From contig MNCI01003051.1 of NCBI GenBank assembly GCA_015680685.1, positions 62,001-126,000 on the forward strand: 64,000 nt of DNA, written 5' to 3'. This document shows positions 1 to 13,431 of the stretch, piece by piece. Source of the stretch: Gnetum montanum (lineage: Eukaryota > Plantae > Gnetophyta). Below the pieces are notes generated by a model, which saw only the letters and a list, made by a program, of their open reading frames with translations, was not told the DNA's origin and ran no database searches. The translations under genes were made by a program, and so were the position numbers. Each line of letters starts with the position of its first letter. Position 1 is the first letter of the stretch.

Positions 1-2367
1 ATTGGAGGTAAGGAGAAAGTGCATCATCACCAAGGCTCAACTTGAAATAGCCACAGTGGCGAATTAGTGCTTGGTTGCAAAGGTTGTAGAATTTACAGCT
101 TGCCTCATTGATCCCACAATACTTAGCCAAGTAGTGGCCAAGGATGAAGCTTTTCAGTAGCTTTAGTTAAAACTTCAAGAAGCTAAGTATGCAAAGGAGT
201 CAATGATCTTTGACTAGCCCTTAGCAGATGCAATTGTCTAAACCATTTAGAAGGACTTGTTGGAGGTTCACCAACAAAATGAAAATCTAACCAAGGACAA
301 TCATTACCCACATATTGTTGAACTCAAAAAGAGCAAATGGTTGAATATTTGAGAGAACAACAAGAGTAGCTTGTCAAGATGACAATGGACATGAGGACGT
401 TGGAAGTAGAGAACCAGAATCTCTTGATTGAAGAGGTCCATGCCCTTCGCTAGATATCTACAATTGAAATTTTCACCTAGAAGAATGAGGCCCTTAAATT
501 TTAAAGGGTCAAAAACCACTATAGGGACTAGCTAGGCTTGCAAAAGAAGATCAATGAAAAGGAAATCAAACTATCAAGGTGAAGGTGAATGAGGCCCTCT
601 AGTAGCTTCAACAAGGAGGTGACGTATGGTAGCCTATCTTTCATGGGTTGAATGCACGTAACAAAGTTAAAAATCTCCCTCAATGAGTTACAAATCAAGG
701 AAATAACCAAATACATGGAGTTTTCCAACCTCTGCTATGCAAACTTGGTAATGTTGACTACTAAGAGGCCAAGGTTAGACTTAGAGAAGCAAGTGGCCAA
801 CTCATATCTATTATACAAGGTTGAGTTCAAGCACCATAAGGAAACCAAGTAAAACCTTGAAACGACAAATGCTAAACTCAATTTTCTTAAGCAACATTTC
901 ACTGATCAAAGATCAACAGCCAACAACCTAGCCCAAAGGATGAATGACTACTAGGAACTGCAAAGCACGGTAAAGACATTCAATGTGGAATGCAAACAAT
1001 TTGTAGCCTAGTTCATCAATGTAAAGGAGTTCTTTCCTATAATGCCCTATCCTTGGGATGTTACCATCCTGGCCCACATTGGTAATGCAATGTGAACTAT
1101 GAATGATCCCAGAAGTAAGGAGGAGAATGTGAAAGCATTACTGGATGTGGTTCTTATTCCACTAGTAGTGGCAACTGCAATCGAATAGCCACAACCACAA
1201 CCTTAACTACATAGCTATGTGCTCTAAAGGTAGGAGAAGGTTCTTCGACACCTCAGGAACCTCCATCGCCTAAGATCATTTGATTTCTCTCCCTATCTTT
1301 AAGGTGCTAAAGAAGTGTGCTGTTAATTTTTTTCATGATGTTCAATTTTGTTATCATGAATACTAAATTTTGTAAATATTGTAAATCTACCCACTTGAGC
1401 ACTTATTGTTTATTTATGTCAGTTGTGTTTTAATAGTTAGTCAATAATCCCATACCTTTTTAAAATGTTGTAAAGAACTTGTTCCTCCTTTTGTTTACTC
1501 AAGGACAAGTTTTCATTTAGTCGTAAAGGTATGGTGAATTATGTGTCGACCGTGTTGACTATGGGATTCTGTCAACAACATCCCATCAATGGGATCCCAT
1601 CGACATAGAGCTTGCTACATCTACGAGTATCCATTGACATAGCATCCTATCTTGCCTATAAATACACACTCACTAGTTACATTTATAGTATCAATTCATT
1701 AGTACCATAGTGAAGTTCTTATAGTTTGTTCTTTTGAGAGTTAGAATATTTTCTAAGTGCCTACAGTAGGAGTGAGAAGTGTACGAATCTTTATTCGAGC
1801 ATTGATGTACCTGAGCACCTCGGTGTGATTGCCAATAAATACAAGCTTTCTTCATAAACCTTGTAGCACTTAGACTTAGCCTAATGTTTACTTAATACAT
1901 TTATTATTCATGCACATTACTTTAATGCATTTAATTAATTAATTAATTATTAATAATTAATACACATAAGTACAATCATCTTCAGTATACACTTAACGCT
2001 TGGTAACCTAGTAGTATTGTAACATGTTTAGGATGTGTATGGCAAATGGGAATGGATGCTTATGTTAAGATTAGCTCAACATTAGTTAGTTATTCAATTA
2101 ATTAAATATTTAATTACTTTATTCTTGATACTTAGGCAAATTAAATGAAAAATATAAAATGATGAAAATCATATGCCTTAGTTACATTTAACCATACCTT
2201 TGCACTTCATTAGTGAAACTAAGAAGATAACAGTCACATCTGTTAAATTCACTACCTAGACCCAATGTACTTAGAGAGCTAAAGTCTACAGAATTCAACT
2301 GGATTGCTTAGTAACCATTAGTGATTTGTTCGTATGGTTGGCCGTAGGAACTACTCATTGCTCATTA
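1..2367 (+). mobile_element. 3' part of an Athila-like Ty3/Gypsy element (copy C): decayed 3' accessory ORF, 3' UTR and 3' LTR; runs off the window start
   Basis: 1-1531 is colinear with ~27900-29427 of element A (shared 'ccttgggatgtt...cccacattgg', 'gatcccagaagtaagg', 'gttagtcaataatcccatacct'). It is followed by an LTR homologous to 3050-3922. Confidence 0.85.
1532..2367 (+). repeat. LTR of Athila-like copy C
   Basis: Starts TGGTGAA after a degenerate PPT, aligns with 3050-3922 and 29428-30028, and ends ...ctcatTA (CA to TA transition). Confidence 0.8.
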
Positions 2368-2519
2368 CTTAGTTTTGAATCACCTTAGATCATGGTTTAC
2401 TCTAATATGAATTTAACATCTCATTCCCAAATGTCATGAAATATGTCAATTATACATCACACTTAACATTTTGCATATTATACATGATAGGAGAATTACA
2501 AAAGTAAATGAACAGAAAC

Positions 2520-2830
2520 TTTATAAATAAGAAAATTGGAAATGAATAAGTATATTTATGTTATGCTCTAAGGGTTTCTTAAGGCTATCATCCTTTACCA
2601 TCTATTCCTTAGAGACAACCCTGTGCAACAACCATGGTTAGACTTAGACCTAGCTAAAAGAAATATCCAAATCCTTTCCTATATTGCTTCATCGAACAAT
2701 GTCACTCATCATTACTTGCATTGCAACCATGTTGGCATGACCTCTAATGTACTAGGTATAAATATTTGAAGTCAAACTTCCACAAATTCCCTTAAAAGAT
2801 ATGGTAGTAATTATAATGTATCCATTCATT
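2520..2830. repeat. Dispersed repeat of unassigned class (second copy at ~55975-56300)
   Basis: The blocks 'ttatgctctaagggtttctt...catctattcctt...catggttag...gcatgacctctaat' occur at both loci. Confidence 0.6.
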
Positions 2831-3049
2831 AATGATCTTTTCATAATAATTACAACCCCTTATTATAGAATGACACTATTTATACATGAAACATCATACT
2901 CATTGAACTAGGTTTTTATTTTCATTTTCTTCTACCCTAATAAAATGAAAGTTAAAAATTTTTTCTTTCCTTTCTTTTTCTTCATTGAGAAGTTCACATA
3001 TGACCAAATTCATATAAGCTTCTTCACTAATTTTTTTTAAGTTGCTTCT

Positions 3050-3922
3050 TGATGAAGCATCTTCCTTGGGTTGTGTCGATGGGATGCCATCAACGCAATC
3101 CCATCAATGTGACCTCGTCCATGCGGTCACGTTGCCACATGGTCTAATACGTTGATGTGACCCCATTGACGCAATGTCTATCTTTACTTATAAATACATG
3201 TTCACCAACCACATTTATGGCATCCCATAGTTAGTATCCTAGCGAAGCTCTTGCATTTTATTCATTTGATAGTCAAAATATTTTCTAAGTGCCCATAGTA
3301 AGAGTGAGAAGTGTACAAATCCTTATTCAAACACTGATGTACCTGAGCACCTCAATGTGACCAGCAATAAGGATGAGTTTTCTTCACAAACCTTGTAGCA
3401 TTTGGAATTAGCTTAATGTTTACTTAATTCATTTTTTATTTAATTAATTTACTTTAATGCATCATATTAATTAAATAAATAGAAATTAATTAATACACAT
3501 AAGTACGACCATTTCAAGCATACATTAATGTTTGGTAATCCCATGAGCGCTTAATGCTCGGTAACCTAGTAATGTTGCAACATTATTTAGGATGTGTACG
3601 GTAAGGGAATGGATGCTTATGTTAGAATTAGTTAATATATTATTTAGTTACTAGATTACTTAAGCATTCAATTACTTTATTTTCTAGCACTTAGGTGATT
3701 TAAGAAATAAACATAAAATCATAAAAATCATATGCCTCAGTTTCACTTAACCATACAATTGTACTTCACAAGTGAAACTGAGAAGACAATGATCACGTTC
3801 TTGATATTCACTACTTAGGCCTAGTGTATTTAGAGAGCTAAAGTCTACAGAATTTGACTAGATCACTTAGTGAACACTGGTGGTTCATATGGTTGGACAT
3901 AGGGACTACTTGCTACTCATCA
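3050..3922 (+). repeat. 5' LTR of element A
   Basis: TGATGAAGCATC...CTACTCATCA with TG..CA ends; TATA box tataaata near 3190; matches 29428-30028. Confidence 0.9.
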
Positions 3923-3923
3923 T

Positions 3924-3941
3924 TGGCATCATTGTTGGGGA
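3924..3941 (+). promoter_or_regulatory. Primer binding site (tRNA-Asp type, Athila-typical)
   Basis: TGGCATCATTGTTGGGGA equals TGGCGCCGTTGCCGGGGA with only C>T/G>A changes; it lies 1 nt after the LTR end. Confidence 0.85.
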
Positions 3942-3999
3942 CTTTAGTTAGCTACATGCACTATCTTGGAGTTAGGGAAATTATTCAATGATGTTGTAA

Positions 4000-6900
4000 T
4001 GATCCTAAAATTCACAATCATTAAAAACAATAATAATAGTAAGAGCACACTATTTTTCCTCCCCTTGTCTTTAATGAGGAGGACCTAAACCAAAACTTGC
4101 AATCCACTATAAACAATAATGGTTTAGATAAGAATGGGTCTCATAACCATGGGGGCTCCAAAGGTGGAAGTCAGGGCATGAACGTGGACAAGCATCATGA
4201 TAACAACAAGCATGATGATCATGGTTGTAACTAAAGAAGAGGGGGTAGTAGGCACTATGCTAGTGCTAGCTCTTCTCCCTCTTCACCTTCAACATCCTCA
4301 TCTTCTTCCTCCATTAGCTTCGACTAAAGCCATAGAGAATGTGACTATGATGAAGGTGATAGTGGAAAAAAGATGATCATAGGGCCTACCAGACTAATAG
4401 AGACTAGGGGCATTGACAATCAAGGGAGGCCTGTGACCATGAAATAAGGAATAATAGAGGACATCATAGGCATCATGACCATCACAAAGGCTATGACTAT
4501 GATGAGCCTTTTCCTGCAACCAAAAATATGTTGAATATTGCAAAGGTCATGAGAATTATAATGAGGCATGTGAAAGAAAGTGGAATCAAAAGGTTAAATA
4601 TGAATAATATTTCCAAGTTCGAAGGTAGATACAACTCAGATCCAAAAAATCATCTTCAAGCCCTTCACAATGCTTATGCCTTGGAAAATGTTGAGAACGA
4701 ATGGCAAAAGTTAAAGCTATTCCCAAAGACACTCATTAAGGAGGCTAAAAGTTGGTACCATTCCTTAGAACCAGAATCAATTGGATGATGGAGTACAATG
4801 CTTGAGCTCTTCAATGACCAGTATCAAACATTCTCTTTGGTGTCTAATTTGAGAAAGTAGATCCAATAGTGGAGACAAGGAACACATGAATCCTCGAACA
4901 TAGCCATTGATAGATATTACTCTCTATTGCATAGGTACCCAGGCCATGATTTTTCTTAAAGGGAACAGCTCCACCATATCATAGATGGGCTCCAAATAGA
5001 AAGGAGGAGAACTCTTGGGGTCTATTCCCAAGGGAGACTTTCAGAACTTAGAGCCCATCAAATCCAAAGGCAAACTAAGTAGGTATCCAAAGAAGAAGAT
5101 GAGTTGTGTAAAAGGGATAGTGCAGAGGAGTTCAACCAAGATCCTTCCATTTGAAAAAGGAAATCCTAGTTCTATGACAACAAGAAAGAGGCACCACTTA
5201 ATGAGGTGGTGTAGCATAAAACCTTATTGATACCCAAATATTTTTCTAAAATATTGACCAAGGTAAACAAAATGTGGAATTCTTTAGACAAAAAATTTCA
5301 AACTACTCTAAGAATTACAAAAGAGTCCAAAGAGCAAGGTAGTAGTTGTGATCAAAGGAGAATGAAAGAAGCTAAATGTACCCACCAAAGGGGTAAGGGA
5401 AAAATTACTACCATTGAAGAGGTTGTAGAATCTAAGATAGATGATGATGGTAGATGTGACATCTACCAATACAAACATCCTAAGGGATGTTGCCCCATTG
5501 TGTCACACTTGTAGGAGTCTGGGGTGTATGTGCTAAATTATAGATTGGCAAGAAGGCAAGCACCTAGGAGGTTGTCTTATCCTCAAGGAAACTATAGGTA
5601 GTTCCACAAACAGCAAGCCTACTACCCAAGTGAAGCTCCACCCTAACCTCATGAGCAGTGCCATTAGTGGCAACATCCACAGTCATGGGGGATGCCACCA
5701 CCAAGGTAGTAGTACCCTTACCAACAACTAGATCCTTATGGGCACTATGTTCAACAGTCAATTTCTACACGACTCTTCTACTCATGTCTCCTTTCAGCAC
5801 CATTATTACCCTCCTGAATACTATAGAGCCCCATCTCTAAGATAGGAATCTCCATTTTCACTCTACCCTCCTCATCCTTCTACACTTGTACCTCCACCCT
5901 CAACTCAATTACCACTCGCTCCATCCCTGTAGGATGAAATTCCTGCCCAGCCATAGCAAAGAAACACCACGAGGGTCATTAACCTACAATTGGCTCCTCA
6001 ATCGAGTGGTTTGAAGAACAAATCCTAAAAAAGACCTTTCTTCCAAACCAGCAATCCTTCTAAGCTTTGCATACATATGCCACTAATAACCCTACTTCTC
6101 CCTCATCCTCTACAAGCTCATTTGAGGTTCCTTAAAACCAAACACCTTCCAAAATGCATATTGTGATGTTAACCCATGCTGTCACAGATTAGCTGAAGGC
6201 TAGCCACCTTCTCATGAAAAGATTTAGTCTTGGAAGTCCCCTCATTTACTTGTAAATCACCAGGAATGAACCTTGTAAGGCTCTTATAGACTTAGGCTTT
6301 GGTGTAAATTTGATCTCTCATGAAATGTACAAAGCTTGGAACCTACCTCTGCTCAAGAAGAGTAACATTTGTCTTAAGTTAGTAGATCAATCCATCATCG
6401 TTTCCTTGGGACTAGTGGAGGACATTATGACCACCATCTATGGGTGATCCTATCCTACGACTTCTTAGTAATTTATGTTGATAACTGCAAGGGGGATTTC
6501 CCAATCATCATGGGAAGGACTTAGTTGAGCACCGTACATGCATAGCTAGGAATCAGAGACCTATGCTTGGAAATTTTCAATGAAAATGAATTTCAAAAGA
6601 TAGAGAGAAAGTGTGTTCCCTACACTGTGTATAGTGACACAAGGTGCAATTATATGCAGAAATTATGATTTATAAAAAGCACATCTATCACAACATGTAG
6701 ACAGTGTGTCAATGTGATATAAATTCAAAGGTGTCTGTATGAAACATCCACAAAATAAGAAGGCACCTAGATGCTAATAGCTAATGTAGAATGTAGTTCA
6801 ATAATATGTATGCAACCAACTTAAAGCCTTAAAAGTGCCTACGTTAAAGGCATGGATGAACTAAAGTAGGTTCATCTACAACTCTTTAATGATGAACTTG

Positions 6901-9153
6901 ATGAAACTAATTGGTGAGAGTTGGAAATCCCTAAAAGCTTTAAAGAAGTGCCCCTTAAGCTGAAACCATTACTGGCTGAAATGAAATATGTCTTTCTAAA
7001 TAATGGGAAGTCAATTATCATCCATGCCAACCTTTCTCTTGTGCAGAAAAAGAAGTTGTTGGAGGTGTTTAATAAATTGCCAATAGCCTTTGCTTGGTCA
7101 TATCTTGAATGCACTAGAATTGATCCTATGATATGATAGCATTGTATCTACACATATCCTTCCATCAAGACAAAGAGGCAACCATAGCAATGGTTGAATC
7201 CTAAACTTAAGCAGATCATGAAGGAGAAGATTGAACAACTCCTCAAGGTGAGGTTCATCTATCCTATTGCGGATAGCGAGTGGATTAGCCCACTTGTAAT
7301 AGTGCCAAAGCAGAATGAAAAATGGAGGATCTATATCGATTTCAAGCTATTGAATATGGTAAGTTACAAATATCACTTTCCATTATCATTTGTGAACCAA
7401 GTGTTGGATACCATTTCTAGACATTGCTACTATAGCTTTCTGGATGGTTATAATGGCTATAACCAAATTTAAATCACACCAAAGAATTAGGCCAAAATAA
7501 CATTCACAAGTCCTTGGGGGACATTTGCATATAGACAGATGTCATTTGACCTATGCAATGTCCCTGCCACATTCCAATGCCTTTTCCTAAACATCTTCCA
7601 ATAGCAGATTAGCAGCGGGGCAGATTAGCAGCGACAACGGAGTTGGATTTTCATGCACATAGACCATAATGTAATTTGATTACTCATGAACAAACCAATG
7701 GTAAGCCCCCATGTTATACAATGGTTGTGATCTTGTAGGAATTTGGTCTTACAATGGTAGATCAAAAGGGGACTGAGAACATGGTTGCTAACCACTTGTC
7801 TCAATTGCAATGGGACAACAAAGAGGAGAAGAGCCCACTTATAGATTAGTTTCCTGATGAACTCCTCTTTGCTAGAGCTATAACTAAATAAATTCCCAAT
7901 GAATCTAATTGGTATGACCACATTCTCACCTATCTTCTCACTCAGAATATGACACAAGAGTAACAATTTCTTCACCAGGTGAAACGCTTTATGAAAATCA
8001 ACAAACACCTTTACAATGTGTGCACCGATGGCCTGGTTCGTTGGCGTGCTCCTGATGCTGATAAACTATGTGTTCTCTAGGATGATCATGAGGGTTCTTG
8101 TGGGGACCACTATGCTAGGAGATGCATGGCCACTAAAATCCTCATGGCAAGGTATTATTAGCTAACACTTTTCAAGAATGCTCACTAATTCATTCAATCT
8201 TGTGAACGTTGCAAAGATGATGGTGGAATGATTGCTTATATGGAAGGACCTCAGCAATGGATCCAACCACTAGAACCCTTCAACATCTAGGGAATTGACT
8301 TCATGGGTCCCACCACACCCATGTCAAATAGAAAGGCATACATCATAGTCATTGTTAACTATTGTACAAAATGGGCAAAAATTGTAGCTATGACTAATCG
8401 CACATCTTCTACAACTACTTGGTTTGTACAACAAAATGTCGTAAATAGGTTTGGTATGCCATGTGTACTTATTTTTGATAATGGAACTCACTTTATAGGC
8501 ACTACCTTTCAAAAATACATGCAACACTTGGAGGTTAAACATAAATTAACAACACCCTACCACCCCTAAGCCAATAGTTAAGTAGAGCTAACAAATAGAG
8601 AAATCACAAAGATATTAACAAAAACTATTAGTAAATATAGGAGGGATTGGAGAATGAAACTCAACGATTCCCTTTTGGACTTACCGCTCCACATGGAAAC
8701 TTCCTATTGGCTACTCTCCCTATGAGCTTGTGTATGGAAAACTTCCAACACTTCTAATTCAAGCTAAGATCCATACACTATTAACAACTTGTGACCTTGA
8801 CCTTCACCTAATTCTAGCACAAAAAGAAATATTGATGAACCTCAACTTGCTAGAAGAGAACTGATTTGTAGCCTTGTCATTTAACAAGTTGTATAAGGCA
8901 TTCAACAAGCAATGACATGATCTTAGAATTAGGAAAGTCAAATTTCAATAATGAGATAAGGTCCTTTATTAGAATCCCACATGCACCACAAAGAACCAAG
9001 TTTTAAACATTGTGGAAGGGGTCTTGTGTTATCTATGAAACATTTCCTTTTGGGATCATATTAATATATAAACCTGAAAGCCCAAATAAGAAACTACTGG
9101 TCAACATGCAACAAGTCAAACCTTTCTATGAGTCCAAAAGAGCCAATGACTAG
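4000..9153 (+). pseudogene. Decayed gag-pol of element A (gag, aspartic protease, RT with internal deletion, RNase H C-terminus, integrase)
   Basis: Gag 'KFEG...LKLFPKTLIKEAKSWY' (4528-4788); protease 'ALIDLG..VNLI' (~6280); RT 'SEWISPLVIVPK..WRIYIDF..LDGYNGYNQI' (7194-7472); integrase 'GIDFMGP...FGMP..LIFDNG..TTPYHP' (8290-8569). Many stops and frameshifts; start approximate. Confidence 0.9.
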
Positions 9154-10774
9154 AACACCTCAAAAAATGGATAGGCACGCTCAATTTTTCAGATCTCCTC
9201 ATTCCAACTTAGTCATTGGGGAGATGGCCATCCATGCTGATCTATTAAAATGGCTCCTTAGTTTTTGCACTTTTTTATTTTACACCATTTTTTTATACTA
9301 TCTTTGACATATTTTTCTCTTTCTTAAATATTTTACAATTTCTTCAATATTTTACTTTATTTGGTTTATATTTTTCTAATGTTTTCCTAATTTTTTGTTT
9401 TATTCTCTTTGTTGTTGCCAAAACTAAGTGCAAATATAGTTGTTAATTAATGGTGGTTTGTACTACAATGTTATTTGATTACTAATGTTTGGATTCTATC
9501 TTTGAATTTTGGCATTAATAACTAAGACATGGTTTCTTTTACATAATAACAGGTAGTGAGTCCACATCATCCATCCATCCACAAACTCTATGGTGTTCCT
9601 TGTCTTGGCAAAATCAGGTTCCTTCCTTAATGAAATTTTTAATGAACTTGTAACCTTGGTAGTTCCAAACTTGGGAAGGATTAAATGGATAGACAAGGAT
9701 GTGACTTTAAGGAGATTTAATGCTCTATGTACTTGCCTACCTCTTAGGTGCATGAGTGTTTTTATGGATTTCTCACCATTCCACTATTGACCAATAAAAG
9801 AAAGCTAAAAGTATTTGCACAGTGTGGTTCCCATCCAAAAATATAAAAATATAAAGTCCAAAAAATGGGAATTCAAAGCACACCCCTTAGACGAAATAAT
9901 AGGCTACAAGCATTGGTTATGAAACTAGAAAGACATGTTACCCATGCCTAAATTTCCCCTCTAACTAAAGCCCATCTCACTTCCTACTTCTCTTTTCTTT
10001 TCTTTTAGGAGTGATGATTAATCTATGGAGATTCTCTTGTATCTTGAGGGGATGGACTAGTCTTAGAGTGTTGATGTGAAGTCATTGAAAGGGGTTGGTT
10101 TTGATTTGAACTAAGGATGGTTGTTATCAAGTCATATTACCCACAAAATCCACAAAGGACTTCATGTGACCATGCTACAAAACTCCATTCCACACTCTCT
10201 CATCCACCTATGTTTTCCATACTTCACCTTACTACCAATATTTCATGTTTTGTTCAATGTCTTAGTTTGATGTGTCAAAATTCTTAGGTGGATTTTGACA
10301 GGACCTAGTCCTTAACTTTCCATAACCATTAGTCATCCATGAGATCCATAGACTTCTTGGTTTGAGGACATGCAAGGGCATTAAAGGCATGAGCCTACTA
10401 TGGGGATGATCCACTTGCATACCTCTTGGTTTGGCTAGTTAAGTTCCTTATCCTTAGACATTTTTACATTCACATCATTTGTGCTCCACATTGATTTTAT
10501 CTGGTTTTGCACTTCTTTCCAAGTTTCAGCAATCCTTCTCCTAATAAAAACTCCATTTTTGTGAATTATCTAGCCCTCTTCAAGCATTTCTTCATGTTAA
10601 TCACCTTTCTGGGTCTCTATGGACTTCAATTTCATGTTAAAACTCTTTGTATTTAGCCTACTTTTCAAAGTGAAAATTTTTATCTTTGGCCACGTTGATT
10701 GAATCCCATTAATGTAAATCCTCATGTTGACGAGACCCTGTATACGAGATCCTATTGACACAGCCATAAAACCC

Positions 10775-11209
10775 TATAAAAACCATGTGACACTTTGAAA
10801 ATTTTTGCCATTTTCTTCAAATGTAAAAGAAATTTTTGTAATTTTTCAAAGCCTAGGCCCTTCCAAAGTCCATAGCTTTCAAACCGTTTGTCTGATTCAC
10901 CTTGTTCTTCATTCCTGCAACTACCGGAGGTAAGCTTGACATTGTGGGGGCCATAAACCTTAGGTTTTCAATGAAAAATTTCCTAACTCCCACATGGTTT
11001 AACCAATAAAATAACATTAAAAATCACTAATTTATGAGAGTTAAGCCTACCTAATGAACTTTGGTAAACATAAAATAAAATAATATTAAAATGAGTAATC
11101 TGCCATGATCACAACTTATCCAAGTGTAACTAATTCAAGAGATAAGGTACCTAAATATTCTAACTTACACATTAAATGCTAATCCTTGGTCATGTTGTGA
11201 TCATAGATG
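10775..11209 (+). promoter_or_regulatory. Putative internal promoter and 5'-UTR intron for the element A accessory ORF
   Basis: TATAAA at 10775-10780; donor GAG|GTAAGC at 10930; branch-like gctaat and acceptor catag|ATG ending 11206, directly before ATG 11207. Confidence 0.5.
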
Positions 11210-11664
11210 GCACCAAGACCAAAGTGTTCATAAGAAGGAGGACCATCCTAACTAAGGGACAAGAAGCCTAGAACTGGAAGGGGCCAACAAGTATAGCCCC
11301 AAGAGTAGGTAGCCAAGACACATGCAATGGGACCTCTTCATGAGGATCTCAAAGTGAAATTTTTTCATCAAATTTTAGAAGCTAAAACAAAGCAATCCCA
11401 CCAAGATGAAACTCTTGGACCTAGACCTAACCTTGAGGTCACTTTGACATAGGCCTGTTTGAGGTAAATCGGGTCTAGGGAGATCCAAAAAATAGTTCTT
11501 CCTAGACTAAACTTTGGATCTTTCTTGGACTTTACCCCAAAAGATGTTAAAGCATAACTCCAAACTTTCTCCATGTGGCCCATTCTCACTTCTAGTGGAG
11601 AATGGTACATGGAAGAAACATACCTCTTCTAGAACAATAGACAAGGTATTACCATAGTGAAGAT
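11207..11664 (+). pseudogene. Element A 3' accessory (Athila ORF2/env-like, plant-transposon-protein type) ORF, 5' part
   Basis: Begins MAPRPK. The reading '...ITIVK|IKDISMSYSVKAISENLGLP' continues across the element B insertion at 26862. Confidence 0.6.
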
Positions 11665-13417
11665 TGTAGCGACCAAAAGTGTCGCGGCTAGAAAACACCG
11701 ACGGGTCGTCAGTCACTGACAGTCTTAACCCCAAATCCGTGTGAGGGCCATGCTAGATAAAATGGAAATGGGGTGCCCTGAATGGTCTAGTCAATCAAAC
11801 AGGGACTTAGTTGGTGTTAATATAACCTTTCGTAAATGGATAATTTGAAAACAAGACTTCTAGCATAAAATGATAACTTTAAATGCAAAAGGGATAGAAA
11901 ATAGTGTAAAAATACAATGATAAACAAGAAAACAAGGTAAAATGCAATTAGGAAAATGCACCGCTTCAAGATTATGACCTCACTCTGTCAAGGTGGATAT
12001 AATTGGTTGCGCGACACTAGGAGGCACAGAGATCCCAAAGGTAACCAAGACGTCTAAAGCAAGACAACTGTATGCTTGAACGCAGACTCGGGGGGTCAAC
12101 AATGCAAAATGCTATGGGGCTAGCAGGCAAGAGTAGAACAAAATGCCAAATAAGAATGCCAATTATTTTCAGTGTCAAATAAGATGTTTACAATGCTCAG
12201 GAATGCAATGCTAACTTTTTGCTTGCTTGCCAACCAATTCACTGTCAAATATCAGAGAGACCAAAAAGGATCGAAAAAAGGCCCCCTTGAGCATTACTCA
12301 TTGGGATATTTATAGGACCAAAGGCACGCAAAAGATGTTGTTTGGACGCCACATGCCCTGGGCCTATGTTAACTTGTCTATGTTGCATGGATGTGCATGA
12401 CCGTTGGACGAGGAGCCTGCCATGCTGTAATTGCGAACATACCACGCTGTAATTGCATCATCAGAGCTTAGAGACGTGTGCCAACGATGTAATTAGGTGA
12501 AGTGCATTGATGTGGTGTAACTTTCTACTATGTCATGCTATGCTTTGTAGCGTAGCGTGTGGGCGTAGCATAGCAACTTGTTACGCCGTGCTACGCTATG
12601 CTGCGTAGCATAGCGCAGCCATCAGTTCGAAGCAAAAACTTGCGTTGCATCCTGCTGCATGTGCTGGAAACTTTTGAAGCACACTGACTATTTATTGTAT
12701 ATTTGCTATGCTATGCTACGCTACATAGTGTAGCATGGCGCAGTAGCTGGCCTTAGTCACAAAAACATCGCCAATCTGCAAACTTTACCTTTTGCGCTGT
12801 GAAACTTGCTAACTTGCTGATCCTACCCTTTGAGATGCCTTTCATTATTCCCGTAGAGTTGCTACACTGTGCTATGCTACGTAGCATAGCATAGCGTAGC
12901 AACTGACATAACCTACTTTTCTACTAAGTTTGTCATTTTCTGGTGAAGGAGCCATTGCTGAAGAACTTGGAGTCGAGCGAAGCAACTATTTTCGAAGGTT
13001 AGAGGTGGTAACTTACTGCATTTGAAATCACTAAGTAGGTTGTGCCTTCTTGTCTTGCTCTCGCTATGCTGTGCTATGCTGCGTATCGTAGCGTAGCACC
13101 CTATCTTGCAACAATTTGTGGTTGACTATTTGAACAACTATCTCCCGAAGCCTACTACGCTATATAGCGTGGCGTAGCATAGCAAACTCCTTGACTAGAA
13201 AACTTGCCAAACTATTTTGCGCATTTTGAGCACCGTCGACAACTCTCCACATCACTTTTGTGTAGGTTGTCAGCTGGACAAATTACCCAGCTAGAAAATT
13301 TGCCAAACTGCACATCCTAAGGCCTAGAACATCCATCTCCTGATGAACTTCTATGATGCTGCCTGCATTGTGATGGCCTGGTGAAGCAAGGAAGCCCTGA
13401 GAAGTTGGGGTGTTTCA
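11665..13417 (-). repeat. 3' LTR of element B (complete, ~1.75 kb)
   Basis: Plus strand TGTAGCGACC...GGTGTTTCA; 12205-13417 aligns with 25684-26861. Confidence 0.9.
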
Positions 13418-13431
13418 TTGGCCCCTCTTTG
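13418..13431 (-). promoter_or_regulatory. Polypurine tract of element B
   Basis: Minus strand CAAAGAGGGGCCAA lies immediately before the LTR start TGAAAC. Confidence 0.75.
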
